A stretch of DNA of 64,000 bases from contig NC_042999.1 in assembly GCF_006345805.1 (NCBI RefSeq), forward strand, positions 58,404,001-58,468,000, written 5' to 3'. This DNA comes from Octopus sinensis (lineage: Eukaryota). The translations under genes and the position numbers were made by a program. Under the pieces are notes generated by a model that was not told where the DNA came from, ran no database searches, and saw only the letters and a list, made by a program, of their open reading frames with translations. The number at the start of each line of letters is the position of its first letter. Position 1 is the stretch's first letter. This document shows positions 12,723-26,978 of the stretch, one piece after another.

Positions 12723-13134
12723 TAGATTACTTTGTATAGTTACATTATCCAGTGCATCGTTTAATTACTCAAGGTAGCAGGATGTAATTTCAGGGAGAGA
12801 ATTAGCTACTAGTTGTAACAAGCCCAAGGACCAGGTAGAAGTTATTCTGTTGGCTTATCTGTAAAATTGTTTTTATTGCCAGTAGCGAGATGGCGAGATC
12901 CTTTGCGCGTGGAACAAAATGCGTAGCAGTATTTCTTCCAGCCCTTAGTGTATTACCCTCAAATGCCGTTGAGGTCAACTTTACCATTAATTCTTTCGAG
13001 AAAGATAGAATAAAGTACCAGCAAAATACTAAGGTTCATGTAAATTGACTGACTCGTTTCTCCTAAAATTGCTGGCCTTGTGTCAAACTTAGAAAGAATT
13101 ATAATTATCATTATTATTATTGACGTTTTCAAGT

Positions 13135-13526
13135 TTCACTTCAAAAGAAAATTGGGAGTGAAGAGGGAAGGGCTGACCTCGAGTGAGTTTATTGAAAGGT
13201 GAGTGAAAGTTGTGAAAATAACAAGAGTGGATGGTAACTCTCTAAGTGTAGACCGGTGAGTCGGAGGGAAGGGATTAGTGAGGGCACTTGCTCCTAGGGT
13301 TTCAGGAAAATCACGAATAGTGGGGTCCCTCGTTTATCTCAAGAGGCCTTCCTGTATCAAGAGGGCCACATCTCTTTCATCCGCCCCAACAATATTTTTA
13401 CATCTGTATGCTATGCATATGTCCCTTCTTTTTCAGTGTATACCGTGTATACATTCTATCTTTCTTTCTTTTTTTTATCATTTGTATTGTCCTCCTCATC
13501 CTTCGTCCTTGTGGCAAATTAATGAA

Positions 13527-13540
<14 letters not shown>
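13135..13540 (+). mobile_element. 3' end of an L1/Tx1-like LINE (ORF2 C-terminus plus 3'UTR)
   Basis: FKRKLGVKREGLTSSEFIER*VKVVKITRVDG resembles Tx1-type ORF2 ends; followed by a non-coding tail ending gtggcaaattaatgaa(att)n; family call is inference. Confidence 0.45.
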
Positions 13541-13557
<17 letters not shown>

Positions 13558-13570
13558 TATTATTATTATT

Positions 13571-14225
13571 TAAGGCGGCGAGCTGGCAGAATCGTTAGCA
13601 CACCGGGCGAAATGCTTAGTAGAATTTCGTCCGTCTTCACGTTCTGAGTTCAAATTCTACCGACGTCGAATTTACCTTTCATCTTTTCGGGGTCGATAAA
13701 CTAATTACCAGCTATGTACTGGGATTGATGTAATCGACTATCCCTTCCCCCAAATTTCGGACCTTGTGTTTATAGTAGAAAAGATTATTATTATTATTTA
13801 AGGCAGTGAGAAGGCAGAATCGGGCGAAATGTTTAGTGGCATTTCGTCTGTCTTTATGTTCTGAGTTCAAATTCCGCCGAGGTCGATTTTGCCTTTCATA
13901 CTTTCGGGATCGACAAACTAAGTATTACTTGCGTACTGGGGTTAATCTAATCGACGGGCCCTCTTCCCTAAAATTTCAGGCCTTGTGCTTATAGTAGAAA
14001 GGACTATTTAAGGGGGCGAACTGGCAGAATCGTTAGCACAGCGGGCGAAATGCTTAGCTGTAGTTCGTCCGCCTTCAGGTTCTGAGTTCAAATTCCAGCG
14101 AGGTCGACTTTGCTTTTTATCCTTTCGGGGTCGATAAATTAAGTACCTGTGAAACACTGATGTCGATGTAATCGACTAGTCCCCTCCCCCAAACTTCAGA
14201 TCTTATACATTTAGTAGAAGCGATT
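13571..14225 (+). mobile_element. Three head-to-tail SINE family B copies (short-tail variant)
   Basis: Three units, each aaggcggcgagctggcagaatcgttagcac...gagttcaaattcc...tagtagaaaagattatt, starting at ~13571, ~13799 and ~14008. Confidence 0.85.
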
Positions 14226-14281
14226 TTTATTACTCTCTTACGTAGTGTAGATGGAAAATGTACGGAGTATTTAGTCATCTG

Positions 14282-14626
14282 TCAAGTACCACCACCACCG
14301 CCACCAGCTGTAGTATCAGCTGTAGTATCAACAGCATCATTACCACCACCACCACCACCACCTACACCGCCACCACCGCCGCCACCACCACCACCACCAC
14401 CACCACCTACACCGCCACCATCAGATGTAGTATCAACGGCATCGTTACCACCACTACCTACGCCGCCGCCGTCACTGTCAGTAGCGACAACACCAGCACC
14501 AGCGCCAGCAACACTACGACTATCAGTAGCAGTACCGGCACCACCAGCACTAGCACCACAACCACTACTAGCAGTAGTATCAACGGTATGACCAGCAGCA
14601 GCAGTAGCAGCAGTATCACCACCACC

Positions 14627-14658
<32 letters not shown>

Positions 14659-14670
14659 CAACACCACCAT
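14282..14670. repeat. Compound ACC/GCC/AGC/AGT/AAC low-complexity tract
   Basis: Trinucleotide runs with an internally repeated tgtagtatcaac(a/g)gcatc motif. Confidence 0.85.
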
Positions 14671-14823
14671 CAACTTTAATATAAGGTAACATGATTCCCT
14701 TAATGATGAAATGTAAAATACCGGTTTCTAAATATGGTGTTACTTAATGGATCAGAGCTAAGCCAGGAATATTAAAAAAAGAGTGACCCATATATTTTTA
14801 CGGCACTTTTATATATGAAACAG

Positions 14824-14878
<55 letters not shown>

Positions 14879-16169
14879 CATATATAGTTAGCTATTTAGT
14901 AGAATGTTTAATATAATCACCGAAAGTTTATATACACAAACAGACAAAGATTCCCCCAGGAAATAGGAGACAAGTACAGGAATTTGAATTGTTATATTAA
15001 TGACTGAACGCAGACAGAAATAATTTGAATAATGTGCGGCGTATGCAATTTTATCAACGGAAATTAGGGAAAGATGCTTTTTAAAAGAAGTAAAAACAAA
15101 ATGAGTGCTTATTTTGTTGAAAACGAAAAAGAAAGAAACAAAAAAGAAAGAAAGAAAAAATAGAATACAGACATAAAATTTGTTGCTGTTTTCATTACCA
15201 ATAACGTTATTATAAATTCAAATGCCGGAACTATTTGCCTTAAACATTATAGAATTAGAGAAATCGATAAAGTTATGGAACCGAAGTTCATTATTTAAAT
15301 ATATATTTTGGTTTGAATTCAGATTATGTTGAAGTAGCATTTCCAGAAGTTTAATGATTCATATAGTGACACTAATGTTACATTTTATCAATGAACAAAG
15401 AACTCTCATCTATCTGTCGAACTAGTTATTAAGTTGTATATATATAAGCACTATGTATGTAGAGGCCGATATGTAGATATCAACAGTTTAAACAGAGGGA
15501 GTATTGTATAACAGACACATGCCGAGTGAAAAATCCAGTTCTGAGTATAACATGGAAATTGGTGAGTTCTGAAAAGTTGAGTCGCTGCTCTAGGTATACA
15601 TCATTGAAAATTTTAAAGATATTCTCAATGTAACATTCAATAACACCAATATACTTTTCTGGAACAAATTTGAAGCTTGCAAATCTGATAGTCACTTCAC
15701 TACAGTTTCCCTCCACTTAGATGTTTGGGCATATCAGACACCAAGAAGTAGCACCTTACATTGAGGAGCTTCATGTTCTGATTTCAAATTCTACAATCAT
15801 CAAGTTTAACTTTTCCTCTTTCCGGATCGATAAAATAGCTATAAAGTATATTCCTACTAATTTAATTGTTTATAACTACCATCTGTTATTATTTGTAAAA
15901 TTATAGACAACAAATGCACAAAACGAAAAGCAGTTCCTTTACCCACGCTGGTCCTAGAAATCGCATTGAATTTTTATACTATTTAGCGATGGACAGGGCA
16001 TTTTACTCACAAGCTTCCTTTTCGCCTTCAAGTGAGACTTGACGAAATCGTTGAACATTTCACGATAGGGGAAACATCTAATCCCACTTCTTTACATATT
16101 GCCTACTGTATTACTCCTTTGTTTGCAAATAGCAAACCTTTCAACTGTCTTATCAACATCTGAGATTCT

Positions 16170-16365
16170 GCGGACAGTGAGCTGAGCAAAATGCTTAGCA
16201 GCATTTCGTCCGTCTTTACATTGTGAGTTCAAATTCCACCGAGGTCGACTTTGCCTTTCATCCTTTCAGGATCGATAAAATAAGTACCACTTGGACACTG
16301 GGATTGCTATAATCGACTTAAACCCATCCTCGAAATTTCTGGCATTGTGCCAAAATTTGAAGCCG
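16170..16365 (+). mobile_element. SINE family B copy
   Basis: aaatgcttagcagcatttcgtccgtctttacattgtgagttcaaattccaccgaggtcgactttgcctttcatcc. Confidence 0.8.
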
Positions 16366-16698
16366 ATATCTGAGACTCTTGACACATTTATCTGTCCCTG
16401 TATGTTAATGGTAGCAAATTGTTTAAGACTAATTATGACTTGGAGCATTTGGGAGATCCAAACGATATCTGACAAACAGTGATTTGTCTGAGAAGCCTTA
16501 CATACTTTTGGAAGTTTGTATACCAATTATTTTCAACTATCCGCCCTCTACTCTAGAAGATTCCAAAGATGCTCTTCCAGTGTTTTCTCCATTGGCATGA
16601 GAGAGCTGAATGTCCTCAGAAATTCCCCTAGGCACTTGACGAGGTCTGTTCATTCTGTTACTTAGGAACTATACTCAAAAGAAATCGATAGTCTAATG

Positions 16699-16874
16699 CA
16701 GTGCTTTTCAAACTTTTTGTTGGAGCGGAACCCCAAGGAAACATTCCACTGGCTCGAGGAACCCCTGTGCAATAATTTAATTGTCTTATGCACACATATC
16801 TGCACAGGAGAATTAAAAATTACTGTCGATTTTAGCAGTTTTTGTACTGGCGGAACCCTGGTTGAAAACCACTG
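16699..16874. mobile_element. hAT (Charlie-type) MITE, 176 bp, with 8-bp TSD
   Basis: TIRs CAGTGCTTTTCAA / TTGAAAACCACTG; identical GTCTAATG at 16691-16698 and 16875-16882. Confidence 0.92.
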
Positions 16875-18648
16875 GTCTAATGAGATGGAAACGTTGTCCT
16901 CATTCATAGCCATTACATCAAAACTCAAGTGACTCGAGACTATCCAGCGGATGACCTTGCATCACGGCTTCTCTTAAACCACGCAGATTTCAACAAATTA
17001 CCTTCATATAAGTCAGAAGAGAAGTTAAAAAGTACTTATTCGGAGTACAAAATGTTTTGAGTCTTCAAACGGACCTCAGAAGAGTTAAAGATTTATAACA
17101 GCACAATACTCCACCATGTCTCCTCTAAGAAGCTTATTTGTTCTCTAACATGCTATAAAATTCTTAATAGCAGCTTCTTTACCTCTGGCGTTGTTCAGTC
17201 TTGATCCTGTACTCCTAAGACAAAAGTTGCTAAACCGTTGGCATTCTGTCCTTTTAAGGTACAGTGTAAATAGGACTACACATAGTTTAAAGACGAGTAT
17301 TTTGAGATTTTCCTCAGAATGTTGGTTAGAGACTTTTAATTTTCTTGTAATTTTTTGTTATTGTGATGGCTGCTTCTTTTCTTCTGTTTGGCTTTTGCAC
17401 TTGTTACTATTTTGAGAGGTTGTTTGTTTTTGATTTAGTATCAATTACTGTGTTTACTTTGTTATTGTTTAGTTCCAAGTCAGTCCTGATCAAACACGTC
17501 TATAATCAAAGACGTTCTAGTAGGAATTGATTACTTTGACCAGTGGCTGCAAAGGTCAAACAACATAAGAAATATCTAAGATTCCTCTTAACTATCACTA
17601 ATTTGTTATTGGAACGCACGAAATCGCCCCTAAGGCCCTTGTCATTATCAAATCTGAAGATCCTGAAACCAATTTAGAAACATTATCCGAGCGTTTGATA
17701 TCCTTGACAGTCTCTATAACACTTTTTGCTCTTTTGAGAGGACGTTTGTTTTGTGCAGACATCACTCACGCAATAATTGGTTTCATTTTGTATTTCTATC
17801 TGGGACGTCTTCTCTCGTTGCGTCCTCTTTTACTTTGAACCTGGCGATGCGTTTTCATACTCGTGTGTAACGCATTGAAAACTTGAGAAAACTGTGGGCC
17901 AAATTTTCTGGAAAAGCTATGTGCCATCCAGTTTTGATGGAAAGATTTACATGCTCCAAAGTAAACACGCACACGCATACACAACAACAAAAGAAAAACA
18001 AAAAGCCTCCAAAACTGTGTGATTGGTCTCTTACTTCCACTAACTCAGTGGAGGACTTGAATCCATTTCCATTAATAAATATTTTTAACGCTTGTGTATT
18101 TCCCAACGTTCGACTGCTTGAGCGAAGTTCACTATTCGACAATCTTAAACTCTGTTGCTGTACATGAGGCTAATACCGTTGTTGTGAGCCAGAGAAGGAA
18201 CTTCTACATGAATGTTCAACCTCTTAGACAACTATCTGTCAAACTATCAGCTTCCATCCAGAAAAGGAAGCTACACATTAGATTATGCAGACAATGTAAG
18301 GCACTTACCTAGAAAAATAAATGAGTGGATGGAGCTTGAACAACATTAATAATGAGTATGGCAGTATTAATGCAGTGTTGTCACATACTGATGTTGTTAC
18401 TACTGTATCTAATTGTGTTGATACAGTGTTATCACTACCGCTGACGTTCATACGTCTGTAGCTGCTTCTGTTATTTACTGCATGAGACTGTCAATACTGT
18501 GTTGTCGTTTCTGATGTTGATACTACAGTGACAGACTGTGTTAGTATGGTGTTGTTACTGTTACTGAAATTATCATTATTCTGCCTAACAGACTTGGTAC
18601 TATTTATCATCATACTCTTTAACTCTTTTATTCTTTTACTGGTTTCAG

Positions 18649-19251
18649 TCATTTGACTGTGGCCATGCAGCCAGCCATTTTCAAGAAATCTGGAAAAACC
18701 AGATCTGTTGCGGCCGATGGGGTCCACAGGATCAAAATCGCTTTTGACCCTTCCCAATCGACCGCCGGCAATACTCTTACATTTAAGAGCCTGGGCCCGC
18801 CATCCCCCAGTCCTCGTCGGATGGTATCTTCAATCCAATCCGCTTCGGTGTCTGGGGGCAACCCACATACCCAGGCTCTTATTAATTTCCTCCCGCAATA
18901 TGACGGCAGGAACAGAATTTCCTTGCCTTCTAAAGGCTGACTCGCAAACTGGCGAGCCTTTTCCCCGTTGTCAAACAGCAACCATACGGCTGCATGTTTG
19001 GCACCACGGGATATATATTTTAAAGAGGACAAATGGTCTTTAAGTTCACTTTTTATAACTTGTTTTGGGAAGACAGTGATGGAATTAAGAACTTTAGAAT
19101 AAGTTCTAAGCACCACCGTCTTCTCTTCCATATCTTTTAACCACTGCTTAGGCGGGTTAATTTCCCACTCTAAGACAGAGTTTTTCTTTTTAAGTTCCTT
19201 TTCTGCCATGTCAAAAACAGTTGAAAAGTAGTTTAAAAGACAGTCTGCCAA
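18649..19251 (-). pseudogene. Open 200-codon LINE ORF1-like fragment, truncated by a SINE-A tail
   Basis: MEEKTVVLRTY...YISRGAKHAAVWLLFDNGEKARQFASQPLEGKEILFLPSYCGRKLIRAWVCGLPPDTEADWIEDTI is homologous to 5497-6020; the last codons (CMATVK*) are the SINE A tail gcatggccacagtcaaatgactgaaaccagtaaaag. Confidence 0.55.
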
Positions 19252-21849
19252 AAAATTAAACCGAATAAAAATAAAACAAAATAAAAGAAGAGGAAAGGAA
19301 ACTGAAATTAAAGTAATGAAAAGAATGAACCAAAATTTAGAAAGAAAGAAAAAATAGAAGGGAAAAGTAAAAGAAAAACCTCACAAATAGCACAGACAGG
19401 GAATCCTTTGTATAATACTCCAAAAGGGTAATCCAAAAGGCTTATTCTTGAAATTCGAAAAAATTGTACTTTTTCTGGCGAGATAACCCCACTAGAATTT
19501 ACAAAAAGAATTTTCAATCAAAAATTCTCAAATCACCGTTACGGTGATGAGAACCCAGTATTTTGCTCGCTATAGCGAGCCATAATTGACAAATTTCTTT
19601 TTGTTTTTTTTTCTATTCACGGAGCCCCAAAAAACTCACATCTTGTCACTGTAACAGTCCAGACCAACTAGTGTTGCATTCTGGGTAACCGGAAGTAAGC
19701 AAGCTACTTACCACACAGCCACTCCTGCACCTATTTCACATTTGAAGATATATAATCTATTAAATCGGGTTCATGTAATTTAATGATCCAATTGTCGCAA
19801 CTGCCACGTGATAGTTTGATCTGGTAGAGATAGCAGCCAAACACCTGTCAATCCACAACCTAGCTAAAAACAAACAAACATAACGAACTAGAAAGATTCA
19901 CTGGGTCATGTAATCTGAATAAGTGAATGAAAATAACATGGGATAATTATGTCTAAAGCATCATCTTGATCAAACCGGACCGGGAGGTATACATCTTGTA
20001 TAAATTCCATAGATCTCAGATGGGTGGGTGAAAAGCAAAGTTTTCCTTGGCAGGATTTAAACTCAGAACATCATAATTAAGGATCTGGCAGTATTTTCTT
20101 CCTTGCTGTGCTGTTCTGATTATGTAGATAATATAAAAGCATGAACAATCATTAATACACAAATGATCAGTATCATAATACTGTTGTTTAATTCCATATT
20201 ACTCTTCACCACTTCATCTTTTTTTGGACATCCAGGAGTTTTCTCTTTGTTTTATTAAGGGTGGATGAGATTTCAATGAATATTGCTGATTTCGCTATCA
20301 GTTCGGTTCGATCGTCTGAGCTGAGATTTTCTCGTCATAACCAAAACCAAGTTGGCCAATTAGCGTCGGAAAAAGAATGTTTAGCAGTATACTTCCGACT
20401 GTTTTCTGAGTTCAAATGACTTCTCTTTCTCGCTTTCTCTCTTGACTGTAATTGTAATGCAAAGGTCCAGCTTTATCACATTCTGCCACACTGGTTCGGC
20501 TCGAAAATTGCTTTTAGGATATATGTGTCTGTGGAATGCCCAACTTCATAACACTTAAATTTCGCAACTGGAAATTGCTTGATCAACAAACTGAATTCTC
20601 ATCATCAAGAACGATGGAAATCTACCAAAACTGAAGATTTTGGTATGAGCTTGAGCTAGACAATTCTGCATGACAGATGAAGTATTGCTTTGGTGAACGG
20701 CTCCACATAATAACCAGAGCAGGGTTTTTGTCAATGAAAAATGAAGTAACACTTATTGCGTTCCCAAAGACTGTTCTTTAGGTCTCATGTACGCAAATAA
20801 TCAACGTTAATGGCTATCTCAAGGAAGAACCCATAAAATTCTTTTCGAAAACCGTTTAAGTTGTTGATTGCTAACATTAGCATAAAAGCACACGCTTTGG
20901 TCGATGTAGAGTTTGTGGTTGATTTATCAAACGGGAAATATATGATCGGTAATTATTTTATCGATGTCCACACAAAAGGAAAAACAAAATTGTCTTGATG
21001 AGAATCCGATTCTGGTTGGAAAGAAAAGTGAAATGAATACCAAGATTACCTGTGGCGGGATTTGAATTGAGAATGAGAAACATCCAACCTAAAGTTGTTG
21101 TCATTGTTGTTGTTGTTGTTGTTGGTGGTGGTGGTCTTTAAAAGGACATCCTTGATTATCCCATCACTTTCTATATCTACAACTGCAATATGTTACTTTT
21201 CTTAAAGGTAGTTTGATGTGATTCCATAGAAATTTTGCTACTGTTTCTAGCAAGTCAAGTGACCACTTCAGTAGACATAGTGATTTCTAGTGATCTCCAG
21301 GATACAAATCATGAGAGAGAAAGTATTCCCAATTATATAGATTACATATAGATTATCGATCCGGAAGGCCAATTCTGGCGTGATTTAAAATGAAAACATA
21401 AAGACATAGCTAAATATATTTTGTCCCACACTGTACCTATTTTCTTCCTCCGTACCTGCGTAGAAAATTTTCCCGCCTTTATTCTTCTTTCATCCAAACA
21501 TGGGACATTTCTTCCACGATGTAACTAATATGACCCCATCCGCCTACGAGATGTTTTCTTCGACGTTGGATCTATTCTTTACCTTCTTATCCTGACAGTT
21601 TCTCCCACTGTGTACTTTATCTGATCTCTCTCACCCGTGACTTATTTTCGACCATGCTTTACTCTCTCTTATTTCAGCACAGCGGGCAACGAACCTCCCC
21701 CAGGCATCCCGATTTTTCTAAGTTCAAATCGTTCCTCGGTCTACTCCAGAGTCGACAAAATAAGATATCAGTCAGGTATTGAAGTCGATGGTATCGACTA
21801 ACTCCTTCTTCTCACAATTGCTGGAATTGCACCTAAATGACAAAAAATA

Positions 21850-23035
21850 TATTGGTTTCAGTTTTTAGCACAAGGTCGAGCACTTCGGAAGCTGATTACA
21901 TCGACCCCCCACGATCTATTGGTACTTATTCTATAAAATCTGAAATGATGAAACGCAAAGTTGGCATCGGCAGAATTTGAACTCAGAACGTAAAGCGGAC
22001 GAAATACCACAACGCATTTTTGTCAGGCGTGCTAACGATTCTTATTTCTTTATTGCCCACAAACGGCTAAACATAGAGGGAACAAACAAGGACAGACAAA
22101 GGGATTAAGTCGATTACATCGACCCCAGTACGCAACTGGTACTTAATTTATCGATCCCGAATGGATGAAAAGCAAAGTCGACCTCGGCGGAATTTGAACT
22201 CAGAACGTAAAGGCAGACGAAATACCTATTTCTTTACTACTCAGAAGGGGATAAACATAGAGAGGACAAACAAGGACAGACAAACGGATTAAGTCGATTA
22301 TATCGACCCCAGTGCGTAACTGGTACTTATTTAATCGACCTCGAAAGTATGAAAAGCAAAGTCGACCTCGGCGGAATTTAGCGGCAGACGAAATACCTGT
22401 TTCTTTATTACCCACAAAGGGCTAAACATAGAGGGGACAAACAAGGATGGCAGAAAATATGGAATTTATCTGTGAGTCAGAGGTTGTTGCAACTTTTTAC
22501 TTACGGTTTCACACTTCGTAACTTAATATATTCGTTCTGATCTAAGGCGGCGAGCTGGCAGAACCGTTAGCATGCCGGACGAAATGCTTTGTGGTATTTC
22601 GTCCGCCGCTGCGTTCTGAGTTCAAATTCCGCCGAGGTCGACTTTGCCTTTCATCCTTTCGGGGTCGATAAATTAAGTACCAGTTACGCACTGGGGTCGA
22701 TGTAATCGACTTAATCTGTTTGTCTGTAATTATTTGTCCCCTCTATGTTTAGCCCCTTGTGGGTAATAAAGAAACAGATAATACATTTATTCTCTTGATG
22801 CTTATTATTTTCTAAAATGCTAAGTCGGCTAGCTGGCATAATCGTTAGCATGCCGGGAAAAATGCTTCGCGACATGTCATTCATCTTTACGTTCTGAGTT
22901 CAAATCTGCCGAAATCAACCTTGCCTTTCATCCTTTCAGGGTCGATAAAATAAGTGCCAGTTGAGAACTGGAGGCGATGTAATCTGATTTTTTATTACCC
23001 ACAAGGGGCGACTGGAGGCGATGTAATCGACTTAC
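21850..23035. mobile_element. Cluster of six SINE family B copies (four on minus at 21850-22447, two on plus at 22544-23035)
   Basis: Repeated aaggcaaagtcgacctcggcggaatttgaactcagaacg blocks and their reverse complements. Confidence 0.85.
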
Positions 23036-23723
23036 CCCTACCCAGAACATGTTCTTGTAACAAAATTTGAAACCATTATTATCTAATATGTTAATAAGCA
23101 TCCAGCTGATGTCGGTAGTTTGTTGTATTGGATACAGATGTACAAAGGATGCTCTTTCTTGGCGTTCTCATGGTTTTCAGTTTAGACAGAACTTTCATCA
23201 AAAAATTTAACCGTTGTAAGGCACACGTTATCCGGTTCGCTGGTTATTTGTTACAGGTAGTACTTATTCATTCCCAAAAGGTATCATCTGCACATTTTTA
23301 TTCGCTAAGCTGATCTATTTACACTCAAATTACCAAAACTAATTAGTTATAAATGTTTATTATATTTCACTCGTGGAACACACACATAATCTAAATATAA
23401 AATAATTATTAATAATATAAATAAATACAAAATTTGTTTCATATGCTATACGCTCATGGACACATGTTAACACTTACACAAATATATTTCTATAGATTCC
23501 CCATGTGTACGCATGTGAAAATGAGTATGCATGTGCAATTGCGCATGTATATATTTACATTATAATTATATAAGATTTTAAATCAATTAACAATCGCTTC
23601 GATTATTATTCAAGAGGAAAATATACTTCTTATTATATTCTCAAATTCTAATCAGACTTTCTTTCTTCCACAAGAATTAATACAATATTCGTAATATTGA
23701 TTTTTATACATACATATGTGTAA

Positions 23724-23790
<67 letters not shown>

Positions 23791-23880
23791 GGAATGAGAG
23801 AGAGGGAGAGAGAAAGAGAGAGAGGCAGAACATATACATGTATCTACATACACACAGGCATATATAATATACATACATAC

Positions 23881-23930
<50 letters not shown>

Positions 23931-24466
23931 ATGTATATCTGTACACTGATCCATACATGCACAGACACTCATATATTACGGTATTAAATGCACGAGTCCT
24001 TTGACTTTGTAAAAAATGACATTATTATCTGCGTTTTAGGATGCCTCACTTCTTAATCCTGACAGAGATTGATGGTTTATCAAAGAAGGCCACGCATTTT
24101 GAAATGCTATCACGGAAGAGCGAAATAAACTTACGTACCCAATCATTATACCTGTGTGTGTGTATGTATTTATGTATGTATGTATAACTGGCTGGCTGTA
24201 TATGTCTGCATATATATATGCATGTGTATATAGATAGATAAAAATACTTGTGTGTATATATATATACACATACATTCATATATATACATACATATATACA
24301 TACATGTATACACACACATATATACATATATATATACATATCCATCGTTTGTTATATATATATATATATATATTTATATATGTGAATATATATACATGCA
24401 TACATATATATATTCGTATATATATATCTATATGTATGTATATATTATGTATATACATATACATAT

Positions 24467-24534
<68 letters not shown>

Positions 24535-26334
24535 CATACACACACGCGAACACATCTGTATCACCGTGTGTGTGCATGTGTGTGTTGTGTGTGTGTGTGT
24601 GTTTATGTGTGTCATTACAGATTTTCAGATATTAATAAAGTCTGCTGCATTTTTTCTAAAACAGACCAAAGAAAAGAAATTAAAAAAAAAGAAAGAAATG
24701 CTAACGTCTGGACATATAACATTTTAACTACTATCTTTTAAATAAATGTTCTACAATAGTATTGCGTTAAAGAAAGTTTTTTTTTCTTAAAAAGATAAAT
24801 GGTGTAATATTTACTCATATATTTCAGGAAGTAATTATCTTGTCTTTTGTAAATAATTTATTTTGAAAATATCTATTCAAAACTTTTAACTGCCTACTGT
24901 ATGTGTCAGTGTAGTGTATAATTTGACGTGTTTTAAAATATCTTTATACATTCCCAACCTGAAAATGACTTCCAACATTCATTTAAAAACATTTTTAGCT
25001 TTCTTTTTGGTCTATTAAATAATTTATAAAATCCATTAAACTCCTTGTCTCATTTATGAAAATAATATCAGAGAGATTTTTTCTCCTTCTTTGAATAATA
25101 GATATTTTCATAATACATAAAAAAAGACGATCATTTATGTCGAATATAAATGCATTGGCAATATCGCTGTTGTTGTATAGACCAAGGTAAATCTTGATAG
25201 GCCGAATCAATAAATAAAAATATTCTAATCGTGACCACCCATTGCTTTCGAGGAAGAACAATGTTATTTTAATTCTTTTCTTTTCTTTTGTAAGATGAGC
25301 GGGATGATTTTAGGGAACTTTGGTTGATATTTTTAGCAGGTAGAACGACCAGATAGAGATTTTTCCGTTGTCTGGTGATGAAAATGTTATCGTTGTTGTT
25401 GTTGTTGTTGTTGTTGATGATGTTTAGTCTCAGGTCAAAGGCGCAGACTATGATAATCCTGCTATGACTATCTTATCTGTTAAGGGCTGATTTAGGACTA
25501 CATTGTGTAATGTGTCATTTCCTCTGTCAAATAGCAAAACGTGATTTCAAAGATATTTAACTGCTGCTTTTAGCAAGTAGAACGTCTAAACAGAGGGTTG
25601 TTCGTTGAATATATGCTGAAAATACTGATGCTGATTCTGTTATTATTATTGTTGTTGAACCTTAGGTCATAGCTATGACAAAAGATATCATCATACAAAC
25701 ATTATAAATACAGAACAGACGTATTGAATAAAGTAGTCCCAGATACACTATACCTACAAAAAATAGATGGTCTTTTCACGGCTGCTGTGTCTTTAACTAG
25801 AGGTGACATGAACAGCAGTAGTAGCAACAACAACCAAGTAACTTGCTTATGTTCTGCTTTGTCGTTTACGCTACTTACTTTCATTTTTATGAAATTGAAT
25901 GATCACATGACCACACATGGCTGGCTGATATCTGGTTTTGTTGTTGTTTTTTTTGTCACTCTCAGGTCAGCTCTGATCAAGTAGACCAATGACCAAAGGT
26001 CTTTCAGTCACAGATTTCCACTTGTTATTCAAGCATAGTGCATCCAGGACTATACCATTTAATGTGTATTTCCTTTACAAAATGTGGGCTCTACACATTC
26101 ATACGCACATAAAGCAGGGTTATAATCGCAGGTAGTTAAGTCAGCATTTTTTTTCCTGAGTCATTCTTTCAAACCAACGCATTAAACTGTACTTTGTTCT
26201 GGTAGTCTTTCCATGTAATGACACTGGGATTTTGTTGGTATTTCTTGCACAAACGTAGTATAACATGCCCCGTTTTACGTTTCTTATGATACAGGGTGGA
26301 TTACTTTCTCGAATTCGGTCATACGTATCAGAAA

Positions 26335-26550
26335 ATATCGGTTTCAAATTTTGACACAAGGCCAACAAGTGCGGGGGAAGGAAGAAGTCTATTATATCGA
26401 TCCCAGTCCTCATCTGGTATTTATTTCATCGACTCCGAAAGGAGGAAAAGGCAAAATCGACTTCGGCGGAATTTGAACTCAGAACATAAAGACGGACGAA
26501 ATACCGCGAGGCACTTTTCCCAACGTGCTATCCATTCTGCCAGCTCGCTG
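26335..26550 (-). mobile_element. SINE family B copy
   Basis: aaggcaaaatcgacttcggcggaatttgaactcagaac...cattctgccagctcgc. Confidence 0.8.
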
Positions 26551-26660
26551 ACTTATGTGCAAAAAAAAAAAAAAATACTACTTTGTGATATGAAGTGGAA
26601 CAGAAACCTCTATAAGATTCAAGCTGTGACCTTCTATTAAGTGCTGACTAGGACTACATT

Positions 26661-26903
26661 ATCCCGCTCAAAAGGTCCCTGAATAAAGATTGTTTAAGGA
26701 TGTTGAACGAAACTCGTGTTTCCAGAGATGAATTATTCAAACCCCAAAGAAACCCTCTCAACACATGGCTTTGATGCTCCCCTACTACTTTTGCTCGTGA
26801 TCAGAAATGCACGTATCGTCAGCCACTAAGGGACATGGTCAACTGGTTAAGGTCAAACAACTGACAAGCAAATCTGGTATTGAGCAGAATATTTGCTGTA
26901 TCC

Positions 26904-26904
<1 letters not shown>
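26661..26904 (-). mobile_element. Family D element, 5' half, adjoining (TTA)n at 26905-26978
   Basis: Reverse complement of ~8248-8490. Confidence 0.75.

Positions 26905-26978
<74 letters not shown>

Noticed and set aside
14258-14692. Thr/Ser-rich (mucin-like) and Gly/Val-rich ORFs
   Set aside because: Open on both strands only because the tract is a stop-poor trinucleotide repeat; no signal peptide, splice or domain support.
16490-17200. Possible decayed LINE coding sequence around the hAT MITE
   Set aside because: Too many stops, with no unambiguous motif.
20340-20760. Possible very old mariner fragment (..MTDE..W)
   Set aside because: Only a weak motif resemblance, insufficient to annotate.
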